64,000 bases of DNA from Asterias rubens (Eukaryota): NCBI RefSeq assembly GCF_902459465.1, contig NC_047065.1:3534001-3598000 (forward strand), in the 5' to 3' direction. The notes under the pieces were generated by a model. It was not told where the DNA came from. It searched no databases and saw only the letters and a program-made list of their open reading frames with translations. The position numbers were made by a program, and so were the translations under genes. Below are positions 12,433 to 25,326 of this stretch, piece after piece (the stretch's first letter is position 1; the number at the start of each line of letters is the position of its first letter).

Positions 12433-13247
12433 CCCTCGAAGTTGTAGCTTCCAGCACGACGACAACTTGCCTTCATGAAGTATAAGGGAGCTCGAGAACC
12501 CCTAGACAACTGACACGGCAGTCAAAAACAGTAATGTGATGCAGCGTGTACAGCGCAGGAGTTTAAACTGCCTGGGAAAGTGCGGGGGAAATGCCAAGAC
12601 TATTAACATAGAGGCCATGTGAATAATAAGTTTTGTTTCTATCCCTGATTATCCTTGATGAATTAAAATCGATTATAGGGTGGTATTTCACAAGAAAAAT
12701 ATTGTTTTATGAAACCCAACTTCAAAAAAGTTAAACAAATAAATAAGCCAACAAAAGATAGGCGGACATTATTCTTTTGATAAAAAAACTGTTTCAGTGT
12801 TGATTACTTGAAATGTTTTAAAGGGTAGAATCTTAATTGAGTGGAATTTTCCTCTCAAAGATTCCATTTCATGAAAGATTGGCAAGGAAAGTATTTATTT
12901 CTGAATATTCATTCACTAGGCCGAGTACGGAAAGTTAGTAGCAATATTCTTGTTTTATTCAGGTTTTGTTCAGGTATAAAAAAAATCGGTTTAGAAAACA
13001 AATTAAAAAGCACGATAGTGGCAATAAAAGAAATTCCCCGCGATCAGTAGTGCCCCCCCCCCCCCCACGTCCCGATTGTCCACCCACATAGTATAGCGCC
13101 CTCTTCCCGTCGCCAAACTCCAACTAGTCTGTTCCCCGTCAAATTTGTCAACAATCCCCCGTAACTTAATGCACAACACGTAACAGTTACTTGACTTTCC
13201 CGCCATATCAATCGGTTTCAAAAACAAGCACAATTTTGTGTATAGAA

Positions 13248-14631
13248 ATGGCGTATGCACCCGAGATATACACCCGTTTCTTCAGTAATACTGATAACTA
13301 TTTCAACCTTGAGGACATTCTGTCGTCCCAAGAGAAAGTACCAGTCAAAACAGAACTGCCCATGTTTCGTTTGGGGTTTTTAAACTCGAGTTCTGACAAT
13401 GAACATATCCTGCCCGGAACAAAAATGGAGTTGCCGTTTTGGTTGGCGACGGGTCTGTGCAGTCGAAAGAGAAAGATCGTAAGCGTAGAAATGCCCAAGT
13501 TTTACCGGGCTGGATACAGAGAAATCTTCACTGCAGATGCCAATGTAGTGGATCTTCACAAATTGGGGCCTTACTTCTACTCGTTTGGAACCAAACTGCT
13601 GTGTTTCGAGTTGAATGAATCGGATGATGTTGCCAAGTCATTACTCCAGGTAAGCTGGAACTGAAGTTTTGAAATGAAACTGTTGTGGTGTGTTGAATGA
13701 ATGTTGGAAGGAAATGGATGAAAAATTGAAATGATCAGCCATGACGATGATGTCATTTCTACTTCCTTGTTTAATTTGTGGACGACTTAGTACTTCCCAC
13801 TACTACTTTACACTGTACAGTAGATAAAGGAGTCGTAACCTGAGAGTCATAGTATAGTATATAAATAGTACAGCATCTCATCAGTGACAGTAGTGTAAAC
13901 AGGGGGGGGGGGTGGGGTGGGCAGGGTTTAGCACGAATTGGTCCTTGACCTGGGCCCTGGGGTTGGAGGTTCATTCCACTATCGTCCTAGCGGAAGGAAC
14001 TCCATATCACGGTTCTCTGTAGGTAGGAGTATGTAGGGCCATTGAGCCCAAGTTCAGAAAGCTCGCCCCCCCCCCCCAAAAAAAAAAAAAGAAAAAAAAA
14101 ATGTAAAGTCGTTACTACTAATTACTAGTACTAATACGTATTACAAGCCATTCTTTTTTGGAATAATGTGCATTTTTTGTTATCCTCATCTTTACCCCAA
14201 CTTGCAGCCCCCCCCCCCCCACAAAAAAAAGGAGGGTAGGAATACATTTAAAGCGGCGACATAGTCCAAGACAAATAATGTATGACGTAATGGACTAATG
14301 AGACATTCAAAAGTCAATATTTTGTCTTATTGCAATATGCTTTTCTCATTTAATACATTGTATTTTTGATGATTGAATCTTGTTTCGTCCTCAGACATTC
14401 ATAGACCGCTTCCGTCGCATCATGGACAATTCTCAGAATGCACTGAACCAGGAAACATCCAAGCTGACAGACAAGCTGGATGAGATGGAACGATCCCTCT
14501 TCAGAGCCAGTCAACAGAGCCTGTTCGATTTCCAGAAGTGGGAAACAAGAAAGATGACGAAGATGTCGGCATCGGACATGGTGGTGAGCCACAGAAAGAG
14601 GAAGAGAGCAGCAATGGACGAAGGAGATTGA
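13248..14631 (+). CDS. GINS3: DNA replication complex GINS subunit PSF3, 2 exons, ~212 aa
   Basis: Exons 13248-13649 (CAG|GTAAG) and 14395-14631; motifs NYFNLEDILSSQEKVP, GTKMELPFWLA, FTADANVVDLHKLGPYFYSFG, TFIDRFRRIMDNSQNA, DFQKWE. Confidence 0.96.
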
Positions 14632-14739
14632 CTCGTACCCAACCTTTCATGAACATAAACATATCCAAAAAATAACTACTCCTCTGGGACTGAGCATTAG
14701 TAGTAATTTACTAAAATCAAATCAAGCCGAGTCTATCAT

Positions 14740-15160
14740 TTGGTTTTACCCTTACCCCGATGTGTAAGCACTGTATATATTGTACTCAGTACTTTCCCCC
14801 AAGTTCTGTGGAAAAAAATTAACGGGAATATTACTCAGGAGAGATCCAAACCCACGACCTTTGCTAATCTAGGGCAGATGTACTGCCAACTAGACCACCG
14901 AGATAGCCCGGTAGCTAGACATGCTAGCAGTTCAAATCCTATATTTTAGCAGCGGGTACTGCAATGATTTAATGGTTGATGTAAAATTTGTACCGATGAT
15001 AAAGAATATTGTTTTTGGTTAAACCCTTACACCGATGTGTGTAAGCACTGTATACTCGGTACTTTCCCCAAGTTCTGTGAATAAAATCACAGGCACATTA
15101 CTCCCGTGGTATTCAAACCCACTTTTGCCAAGAGCAGATGTCCCACCAAAGTCTCCGAGA
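14740..15160 (-). mobile_element. Two adjacent copies of a second tRNA-derived SINE family (GINS3 3' region)
   Basis: CCCTTAC..CGATGTGTAAGCACTGTA..TACTTTCCCCAAGTTCTGTG..AAACCCAC occurs at ~14750 and ~15022; + strand relative at ~30095-30215. Confidence 0.75.
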
Positions 15161-15677
15161 TGACAACTATGATAGAAACCCCTGGCCCTAATCAGCATAC
15201 AATGCAGCCTGATTTTAAAGGGATTGTAAAATTAATGACCATAAAAAGACATACTGTATGACTTCACAGGTGTTCTGTTATTTACAATATTTATTTTACA
15301 ATAGCCATGTCTTACATTATTAACTAGTTATTAAATTAGTACACAAGTCCAAAGTTCTTAACAAATGCAACTTAAGTACTGAAAGTTCTGCCCTCAAGTG
15401 TGACTAATTTTTATCCCAACTCCTTTGTGCTGAACTCCATGCAGGCATGGATCCTTCCTTACCCTAACAAATTCTAACACCATGGTAGCTCAACATCCCA
15501 ACTGTTGGACTCTGATTATGGTGATTGGTGGTATGCCTGATCCTAAGTAAAAACATTTCACGCCAGCAGAAAACATAACTTTGTTTTGAAAATGAAGAAA
15601 AAGTATTGACAAAATGTTTAGTTAGATACACAAAAGTAAAGTTAATGTCACTAATTCTTTTCTTAGTAAAACAAGAA

Positions 15678-16062
15678 TTAAAGGCAGTGGACACTATTGG
15701 TAATTACTCAAAATAATTATTAGCATAAAACCTTTCTTGGTGACGAGTAATGGGGAGAGGTTGATGGTATAAAACATTGAGAGACGGCTCCCTCTGAAGT
15801 GCCATAGTTTTCGAGAAAGAAGTAATTTTCCACGAATTTGATTTCGAGACCTCAGATTTAGAACTTGAGGTCTCGAAATCAACCATCTAAACGCACACAA
15901 CTCCGCGTGACAAGGGTGTTTTCTTCTTTCATTATTATCTCGCAACTTTGATGACCGATTGAGCTCAAATTTTCACAGGTTAGTTATTTTATGCATATGT
16001 TGAGATACACCAACTGTGAAGGCTAGTCTTTGACAATTACCAATAGTGTCCACTGCCTTTAA
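15678..16062 (+). mobile_element. Kolobok-like MITE family A, full-length reference copy
   Basis: TTAA + TIR AGGCAGTGGACACTATTGGTAAT ... ATTACCAATAGTGTCCACTGCCT + TTAA. TTAA target with purine-purine termini fits Kolobok rather than piggyBac (CC termini); no coding capacity. Confidence 0.9.
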
Positions 16063-17024
16063 ACAAACCAGAAAAATGTAGAATGGTTTTTTTAGACTGC
16101 CACCTCGTTATTACAATAAAGAGAACATAACTAATAATAAGGAGGGGAACCCAGGTTGAATTAAGTTTTGTGGTTAGCTAATTTTTCAATAGATATAGAT
16201 ATATGTAGATGTCTCAAAACTGTTGTAATTTTTACTCTAGCCGTCAATGGCAGTTGTAAAGCTAGTTTTTCAAAATCATGCAATTGGGGTGAATCATAAT
16301 TATGTTTTAAAAGCATGGCTGTTAATTTGTTTCACCCGCTCGAGTAGCACTGGCTGATATATTATTAATATTTCCATTTTCTTGACCACCTCGTACACTC
16401 TGGTCAGCTCATAGCCTTGATATCATAAGCTGGACCATACCATACATTTTAGAGGGGGTGTCAATCAACACAGGAGTCTGTGATTTATTTAGATGGGGGG
16501 GGGGGGGCAGCACAAAACTCTGCCAATATCTTTGTGTACCAAATGCTCATGTCAATTGTCAATGGTAGATGCAAACAAATTATAAAACTTAATTAAATAA
16601 ACAATTAAACTTAAATCAACCCAGGCAGTACCCGGACTAAACAACACACTTAACTACAAACAATTAACTAAATACATAACAAACCCATTAACCTGTGGAA
16701 AAAGGTTGACAGCATGTGCTGACAACATACCAAAGGGGCGTTACAACAATTTGGTCCCTCGCTGTACATTTTTACAAATTTACAAACTAATATCCCTTTT
16801 TCATTGAGCATACCGTACCCTTCACAAGACATGACTGCCAACTGTTATTCATAATTACCCCAGACAGTTTCTGTACACACAAACCACGCGCATCAAACAG
16901 ATTATTCACAAAGTTTTTGAAAAAAATAAATTCAAACCTCAATCTTTCAATTGTCAAAGCGTCTATAATTGTTTTTGTTTCTTCGTTTTTTAACAAAAGG
17001 GCATTTATGAATGGGAATAAAAGA

Positions 17025-17156
17025 GTAGTGACTCGTCCGTTTAAAACCTTGCAGGGTCGCTGCCGTGCGATCAAGGCCCTCGCCTTGGGTTCGGGCCTTT
17101 ATCACACGGCAACGACCCTGCCGGTTTTAAACAGCCGTTAAAGAACTCGTCACTAC
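17025..17156. repeat. ~130-bp palindrome with GGCCC-TCGCCTTGGGTTC-GGGCC apex
   Basis: GTAGTGAC..TTTAAAACC..GCAGGGTCG..GCCGTG / CACGGCAACGACCCTGC..GGTTTTAAAC..GTCACTAC; decayed relative at ~62445-62530. Confidence 0.8.
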
Positions 17157-17284
17157 CCTTTTCTTCCTTTATTTATAACCACAGTGGTTGATGCTGAATG
17201 CTCTGACAGCAGCCTCCGGGTTACATTATCACACCCATTCAAGATTGAAGTTCAAGCTCTGTGTACAAGATGGACAGAGTGACC

Positions 17285-17541
17285 TGCAGCCGATTTCACG
17301 AAACGCTAAGAATATTCCTATCTCAAGTTAGGATGAGTAAGACCCGGTCACACGGGCCCCGATAACGAGAACAAAAACGATACAAATGCAGGACATGTTC
17401 TCATTATCGCTGCAGTGTGCCTTGGCCTTAACCAATCGGGATGGGTTCAATGCCTGATACGTCGTTGGATATGGAACTTATCTCGTCCTAATACCTAAGA
17501 TTAATCCTAAGTTAGGAAGAAATTGGTGAAATCGATGGCTG
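17285..17541. mobile_element. MITE (CAGCCGATTTCAC ends) with a nested 87-bp Harbinger-like element at 17341-17427
   Basis: Outer CAGCCGATTTCACG / GTGAAATCGATGGCTG; inner TAA-GACCCGGTCACAC...GTGTGCCTTGGCC-TTA is related to the ends of 58345-58721. Confidence 0.7.
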
Positions 17542-17651
17542 TCTCATAAAACTCTCTTTCCAAAACTCAGGTTTCCTTTATTTCTCCATCTTGCTGCGTT
17601 TACCGTCACATTTGTTTTCATATTCAGCATGCTTTTGGCTTCAACATGACT

Positions 17652-20600
17652 TCAAAAGTTGTCCATTGCAAGCTCGGTTATGTGCTGCAATACTCCATGC
17701 ACAGCACTCTCTGCGAGTATCTGCAATGTAATAATAATAATATTTAATAACACTAAAAAAAAAATTAAAAAAAAATAAAAAATGTACAGGGAAAAAAACA
17801 TAACAACTTGAAGTTTTTCAAGAAAAAATCGCAAACCTTTCCTATTCAATGGGCTTTACCATTATTAGTGCCTTTATTTATTCGCTTACTGTACTGTTTC
17901 TGGTGAAGCACTGTGTGGTACTCTGTGTGAGAGTGCTGTGTAAATACATGTTATTATGGATAAAGAATACACACCCAAACCAAAGCACTGGACGTCTTGT
18001 ATGATTGGGTATTTTGGTCCCTAACTGATTACGTTGGTTTTCACTATTTGGGGTTTCCGTCCCAGGCCTGTATTTTATTCATGTTTTTTTCCTTCAGCAT
18101 AAAGGATATTTTCTATAAAAAAAGCTAATTCCGCACAAAAACAAACAAAACCGTGCGTAGGCACTTTGATTAAATTGGTAATTCTTTCATCAATTCTTAT
18201 TAAAAGTTCAAACAGGGGAAAAAGGAGGTTGAAGGTAGTCTTAAATCACATTATTTGACACTGAAATAGCAAAGGGATAGTATGTAGGTCTGCACAGGTA
18301 GCAGCAGGTCTCGGGGATCAATTTCACAGAGCTTCGAAGCACAAAAATTTGCTAAGCATGAAATTTCTTCTTTGATAAAAACAAGATTACCAACCAATGT
18401 CGCATATTGCTTGTTACTGGTATTCAGCTGTTGTTTGCTTGTCCTGAAAATCACGTGAAAATTTGTTTGGTAATCCTGTTTTTATCAAGGCAACAATTTC
18501 ATGGCAAGCAAATTTTTGTGCTTAGCAGCTCTATGAAATTAGCCCCTGGTCACAGTGCTAGTCGCTTTTTAGAGGGTCCCTTGGTTCAATTACCAGAAAG
18601 AAATAATTCAATTCAAATTCAATTCAAATTCAATTATTATTCACATCACGTTAAAAACATGAAAATTGCCTTCCAGTTTGCCTCATAATAAACACAGAAT
18701 TTTAAAAATATAAATACAATTTTAAAAATATAAATATAAATAATAATGATGATCTTACTTTCAGTCTGCCTTCAGAGCCAATGTAGACTAGGGGTGTCCC
18801 AATTCTTGACAATGTCAGTCCCTACGAAGAAGAGCAAGACACAACCAAATGAACAAGTACTGTTTCTTAAAATTGCACCTACGTCAAGTGTTCAGCATTT
18901 GTGACAATGTTGCCTGTCGGCATAAATCACACTGTCGGTTCAAATCATTGTTGTCCACAATCTGTAAACAACTTAGCAGAACATGTATGGGTCTGTCTAC
19001 TTTTCTGGAAGTGGACGGCTTTACTCAATAGTTTGCCATTTTAAGTCTTATATTTCCTGCTACCCTTAACAAAATTTAAGACCACAAATAATTGAACACG
19101 GGAAACTGCTCACATTTGGTGACTTTTTTTCATGCAGTGTTATTTCGCTCTCTTTGAGAGCTGATAGGAAATTCATATACATGCTTCATCCTTTTTGTAA
19201 AAGACCTAAAACAACTGAAGTTAACACTTTTTAATGCTTTTTAAGGCCTTAAATTTGGATAGTTCAAATTAAGACGTTTCAAAGGCTTTGGACACTTGGT
19301 AATTACTCAAAATAATTATTAGCGTAAAACCTTTCTTGATGACGAGTAATGGGGAGAGGTTGATGGTATAAAACATTGTGAGAAATGGCTCCCTCTGAAG
19401 TGCCATAGTTTTCGAGAAAGAAGTAACTTTCGACGAATTTGATTTCGACTCGAAATCAACTATCTAAACGCACACAACTTCGTGTGACAAGGGTATTTTT
19501 TCTTTCATTATTATTTCGCAAGTTCGATGACCGCTTGAGCTCAAATTCTCACAGGTTTGTTATTTTATGCATATGTTGAGATACACCAACTGTGAAGGCT
19601 AGTCTTTGACAATTACCAATAGTGTCCACTGCCTTTAAGGAGCTGCAGAAACTCTGTATACTCACAGACAGGTGAACCTTGAAATGCTGGAAGAAGTGAA
19701 CCTCCAGTGCCTTGATGAAGGCTGAAACCTCGTCAGATGTGATGTCTGCCGACTCCCCATCATGAATACTGTAGAGAGTCAAAGTAAAACAGGGAATGTT
19801 TTAAGTCGCAAGGGAACAGCGTTGTTGTTGTACCAATCTTGAGCCTGATGGCTACATGAAAGCTGACCATCAATCCTTGCCCATAATCACCTTTCGTGTA
19901 CATTCATTTCACATGAAGATATGCAGTCAAAGCCTGTGTAATAACAACATTACAGGTGAATGTAAGGTACATAGTACACAGTGCACACTGCATTTAGCAG
20001 ACGACCGAAAGTAAGTTTTCCATATCTGATCTGTGTTTTGATTGGTTAAAGGTGATGTGTGTTAGCTGCATCGCATCACAATCAATCATCGAACCAATCA
20101 AAACACAGACAGGGCAAGCTTAACTAACTGCACGTTTATCCAACGAAATCATTGTATCCAATGAAATCACTGGTTCTGAAAAGCAACTACCTGTCGTTGT
20201 CCTTGCGGATAAAGACAAAAGGACCAGTCTAGGCTGAAGTTAACTAGTGTAAAAACTGGCCCAGGATACATGTAAGAGGGGGCTAGACCACAAATGCTCT
20301 AGATATATCTGCAGGAGTTCGTTTTTCGCGGTCGTGACCAATAATAGTTCCGGTTGAATTGGCCATTGGTTTATCACCAGCCAATGACCAAAACAGTTGC
20401 TGGTTACAGCGGCAAAAAAAACGCATAGCATAATTACTCTACCTGTCCCAAACATTCTTGGCGTTTGCAGCTTCTATCGTAAACGACACTCGACTTAGTC
20501 CCTCAAGTTCTGAGGGGAAGGTGTACAGGAGCTCAACTGGTTTGCTCTTGACTCCTAATGCAGACAGAGAAGAAAATATTTCATCATGTAAAGTCATTTC

Positions 20601-23600
20601 AAAGCAGGATGTCTTGGTGTGTGAAAACCAAGCTCAAAAATGCAAGAATATTTACGGGATTGGTAGAGCTGACAACAAAGATGCAGACAGTGTTCATGTT
20701 TTGAGTGATCTTCCATATATACACGGATTAACAAACCTGTCTAAACGTGGGCTTATCTGTTGTGCGAGTCAGAGGAAAACAGTGAAAAACCATGCACAAT
20801 TTTCAGCATGTAAACACATTGTTCTTAATTTTGGTTGTAACAACCAAAACCAACTCTTTTTAGGTTTCACAAACTCTAGTTATGGTGGCAAAGGTCAGTG
20901 GTGTGTTGGTTCGATTCCTTGTTATAATACTTGGTCCATGAGCAAGACCGTTACTATAATTGCTTCTCTCCACCAAGGGGTAAATGGGTACCCACGAGTG
21001 CAGTGATGGTTCTTGTGATGGATTAGCTTGGTGCACTACTTCCGGCAGCACCAGCTGTATACTCCCCAGGGAGCTGAGATGGTGTAAGGAATTAAATCAG
21101 TTGCCTGGTGACCGGGGTAAACAATGCTCATGCACCATGGGTGTAAAAAAAACGGTAGATACCAGAGCAACATTTCTAGTTTCAAATGTTTCAAACTCAC
21201 AAAGAGACGTTTAGACGGGAGCGTTTTACAAATGTAGGCGTTTGATTTCATATTCACTTCCTTATGAAGACTGATAACAAACCAGATATGGGGAAACAAA
21301 GAGTCTCCATAGGGGAAAGACTGGGTTGCTCCACAAGGAATTTTGTGTACAAAGTCTGTGGGAGGTTCTTAACTCTAGGGACAAAGGAAAGAGCAAAAGA
21401 CATCTCCACAGGGATGAAAACAATATAATGTGTGTACTGACCTGTGGAAACACCGGCCCACATTGACACCATCCACATAAGGGCCATGGGGTTAAAGGTC
21501 ATTCTCTTGATGTGGCAATCAAAATGTGTCTGTAAGTCGGAACAAAAAGAAAAGGAATGGGTGTAAATAATGATGACAAGGTATAGAACATCTACAAATC
21601 TTGTAAATCTTCTCTGCATTTATGCAAATATGTAACTCACGCCTCAAAAAAAAAAAAACCTGGGACCCACAGCAATTGCTGTGGTGCCCTTTGCAAACTT
21701 CCATTACAAATATTAATTTGCCTCATAGACGTGCCCCTTAGCAAAATTGCTGTACCCCTTCAAGAACGGTAATTTCTGCGCCAACCTGACAGGATTGGGA
21801 ACGCACGACGTCAAAAAACAAACTAATACAAAGCATAAATGCAATGTTTTCAACAATCAAATTCAAGTCATCATTAACCATTGAAGAAATCTGTTCAAGT
21901 TTTTGGGCAAAACAAAGTCGGAAGCCATTCAATTTTTAACTACAATGTAGCCAGGGATCACATCCAAGTTGAAGATACTAGCTAAAAAGCGGTAGGAGAG
22001 GGATCACCTTTTGAAGGGATGCGACTTTTGGGTTCAATTATTAAGTATAAAAGAAGCTACACACCTGCAGCCAGGAGACCACATATCTTGTGACTGTTGC
22101 AGTCCCTTTAATCATCAGCACAGGAAGCACGGTCAACCTGTCGGCGATCGGGTGTCTACGCTCAGCTCCAACGGAGCACAGTATCGCATGGCAGATGACC
22201 CTGGCGCTGACCCCTCGCCCTTGACCTTTGGCCTTGATGGTCAACTCTACTGCCTTTGTGTTATCTAGGATTGCAGGGTAAAGAAAACAATGAAGAAAAA
22301 AAAGTGTAGATATACTACGTTTGAATCAGCATATTTGAAAAGCTAAATGTCTAGCTATTAATTTGCATACATGGCAGAAAAATATATATTTGGCTTTTGT
22401 GAAAATAAAATCAGGTGATAACTGTCTATTTTTACCATCAGAAGTGACCAGTCCTTTGTAAATATTGAAAATTGCACGGTCGCCAACCTCACTCTCCAGG
22501 TCCACTCCGATACCCTTTTGAGATTCCTAAAAAAGGACGACAAAAATGTGATGAGAGGAGACAGAATTTTATCAACTAGTTACTTTTTATTTCATTGGTG
22601 GAGCAGCTGTCACGTATCATCCATTGTTTTGATATTGTATTAACTGCCGTGACAGTTAACAGTTTAATAATGAAGTCCAATATAAATAATTTATTGTTCC
22701 CAAAATGATCGTTCCCCCAGGTTTGTCCAAACAGGACATGGTCTTGTCACGGCGGACAAGGGAAGTGTCTACATGGAGCCGTCCATATTGTTTGGGTGGA
22801 TGATTTTCCTCCTGTTTTTGTTTTGGTTGTGTTTTGGGGAAAAAATTTTAAATGACAAGGATCTATGTGCGAGCTATCTAAAACCAATATTTAATGCATT
22901 TTGCTAATTCAATTTTGCAGAATACAACCAGTGACATCTGGATTTTCCATTTTCTCCTCATGAAATGGAGTAGTCCAGATTTCACCTTCTGGTTATATTC
23001 TACGACATGCACAAAAACACATCCAATATTTGTATAACATACATGAAACAGCACACAATATCACCATAAATTGCCATTCATTATGGAAAAGCTCCATTAA
23101 AGAAAGAGGCCAGAACAAAATACCCTTTTCATTTTGCAACTCACACCTGTTATCTCCATGTAATTACTTGTCCAATGTTAACACACCCACTCATTGAAAA
23201 GGATGTAAATTTCAGAAGTTTTTGAGGCCAAACTCAAAAATTATTCAATATGGAGCTTTCTCGATGGAGACAAACAAAAATCTGTGAAAACAAAACAATT
23301 CAACTTAACCCCTGTCCCTTCCTCAAACTTACTGCCTGAAGAGCGGCGGATAGATGCTTTGAGTATTTCCTCAGAGCCGCTGTAGTTTGCTGGAAGTTGT
23401 TGAGTGGAGTCACCTGATACACATGCCATGTTTTATTCAAGAGATTCTTCAGAGAGTGTGCCTCGCCAACTGGGAGGACTGGTGTCCTCTCTAACTTGCT
23501 GGTCTTCCCTGTATATTAGGATTGTTTTACAAAAAAAAAAGTTCTTAAAATTTTTTTTTTAAATGTTTCAGGAGAAAGCTGGTTGTGAACCATTGATGTA

Positions 23601-25326
23601 CCACAAAGCAAACCTAATATGTAAGCTCAAATAGATAGTGGCATTTTAACTTTTACTTTTGACGAAAAGGAAGACTTTATTGTATTACTCGAAAAGAAGG
23701 AAATGCCAGAAAATGTTACTAGAAAACTGAGCTTGATAATCGGTTTTCTGCCATTTTCCAGTCATTATTGGAAGGTTAAATTCTTTTGGATAATTCTAGC
23801 AATAAAAATGGCAGTAAAAAAGTTGTTGTCATGAGCCATTTTGGTGCTCACCTAGCATTTTGTTACTGGAAAAAGGGTACTTTTTGTGTGCCTTGAAGAA
23901 AGGGAATCAAGCCTAAACCCTTCTTCCAGACAAACAACGGTTTAAGAAATGATGTTAATATATATTCATTGTTATATAACACCCAAGCAGATCCTTGCCA
24001 TTTGATTGGAGGATTGTCCGTCACGTGATAGCAAATAAAAGTACCATTGCACGCTGAGTCACTCGCCGTGCTTTTTCGTTCCATCCGAAAAGTACCATTG
24101 CACGCTGGCACGCTGCCAGCGTGCAATGGTACTTTTCGGATGGAACGAAAAAGCTGAGTAAAAACATCACTGCGTGCGCGTGTCTTTGGTAACGCAGCAG
24201 GTGTTACTGCAAGAAGGCATAGTAAAATTACTAGCATTCAGCTTCTACAGTTGAAATTGTTTGTTTTGAAAGTTGTTTCTTTCAATCAAAATGACAAAGT
24301 TCTACTTGGATGTTATATAAAACAAATAATGAATGTTTTTCATTCGTGCAATGGTGCGAATATGTTCATTCGTTGAAAGCTGGAATGTTCCATTCAACTC
24401 GGCTCCGCCTCGTTGAATAGAACATTCCATCTTTCAACTCATGAACATATTCGCACCATTGCACTCATAAACATTCATTATGTGTATACTATTCAAGTTT
24501 GGAAACCAAATGACCAATTCCCAACCAAGTTTCTAGACAACAACAAAATATCCTATATTATATAACACCCGAGCAGATCCTTGCCATTTGATTGGAGGAT
24601 TGTCCGTCACGTGATAGCAAATAAAAGTGCCATTGCACGCTGAGTCACTCACCGTGCTTTTTCGTTCCATCCGAAAAGTACCATTGCACGCTGCCAGCGT
24701 GCAATAGTACTTTTCGGATGGAACGAAAAGGCTGAGTAAACACATATCACTGCGTGCGTGTGTCTTTGGTAACGCAGCAGTGTTACTGCAAGGTAGTATA
24801 ATTACTTAACATTCGGCTTCTACAATTAAAAATTGTAGGCCTACGTTTTGTTTGTTTTGAAAGTTGTATCTTTTAATCAAAATTACAAAGATCTACTTGG
24901 ATGTTATATAAAACAAATAACGAATGTTTTTCATTCGTGCAATGGTGCGAAATGTTCATTCGTTGAAAGCTGGAATGTTCCATTCAACTCGGCTCCGCCT
25001 CGTTGAATAGAACATTCCATCTTTCAACTCATGAACATATTCGCACCATTGCACTCATAAACATTCATTATGTGTATATTATTTCACAGTCAAATGAAGG
25101 ATATGATAGACGGATGAAGAAAGAAACTAGAATAACTTGAGATTGAATGCAGTCTGCCCATACCATGAAGCCGTCTGGATTTTGGGGTCTTTGTGTAGGG
25201 CGTGTGCCGCCTTGCTGGCCAGGATTTACTCCTACCAGTTGAACCTTGACTCCGCCTATTGGAAGCATTATTGCTGCTATCAAAATGCACAACCTGGGAT
25301 GGAGGGGTTTGCGTTGATGATGCCAT
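17652..25326 (-). CDS. CENPL: Centromere protein L (CCAN subunit), 9 coding exons, ~354 aa
   Basis: Exons 25326-25164, 23508-23333, 22526-22436, 22264-22065, 21529-21442, 20554-20443, 19768-19666, 18821-18759, 17720-17652; phases consistent (1065 nt). LLNKTWHVYQVTPL, ESQKGIGVD, WLQTHFDC, WMVSMW and FFQHFKVHLS...GRLKILAESAVHGVLQHITELA match my recollection of vertebrate CENP-L. ATG directly follows an acceptor AG; candidate 5' UTR exon donor (CAG|GTATGT) near 26751. Confidence 0.92.
18313..18546. mobile_element. Palindromic MITE with GGGG...CCCC ends
   Basis: GGGGATCAATTTCACAGAGC..AAGCACAAAAATTTGC / GCAAATTTTTGTGCTTAG..GCTCTATGAAATTAGCCCC; related ends at ~48392 and ~54019-54137. Confidence 0.75.
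19281..19638 (+). mobile_element. Family A copy with collapsed internal hairpin
   Basis: Same body as 15678; hairpin reduced to TTGATTTCGACTCGAAATCAA; right end TTAA lies 28 bp from the CENPL exon at 19666. Confidence 0.88.
23970..25082. repeat. Two ~520-bp copies of a double-hairpin element, ~586 bp apart (CENPL intron)
   Basis: Copies ~23970-24492 and ~24556-25082; each has a long CCGAAAAGTACCATTGCACGCTG palindrome and a ~154-bp palindrome centred on CTCGGCTCCGCCTCG. Confidence 0.9.

Noticed and set aside
15694-15945. Recurring 60-90 aa ORFs with SNSEVSKSNSWKITSF or ...FYANNYFE (also 1792, 8642, 38897, 47445, 49850, 54372)
   Set aside because: Translations of MITE family A copies; frames and stops are inconsistent between copies.
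20458-21006. 182-aa plus-strand ORF
   Set aside because: Antisense to a CENPL exon and runs into a SINE fragment; no recognisable domain.
23863-24745. Repeated ORFs containing ACNGTFRMERK
   Set aside because: Produced by the palindromic duplicated element.
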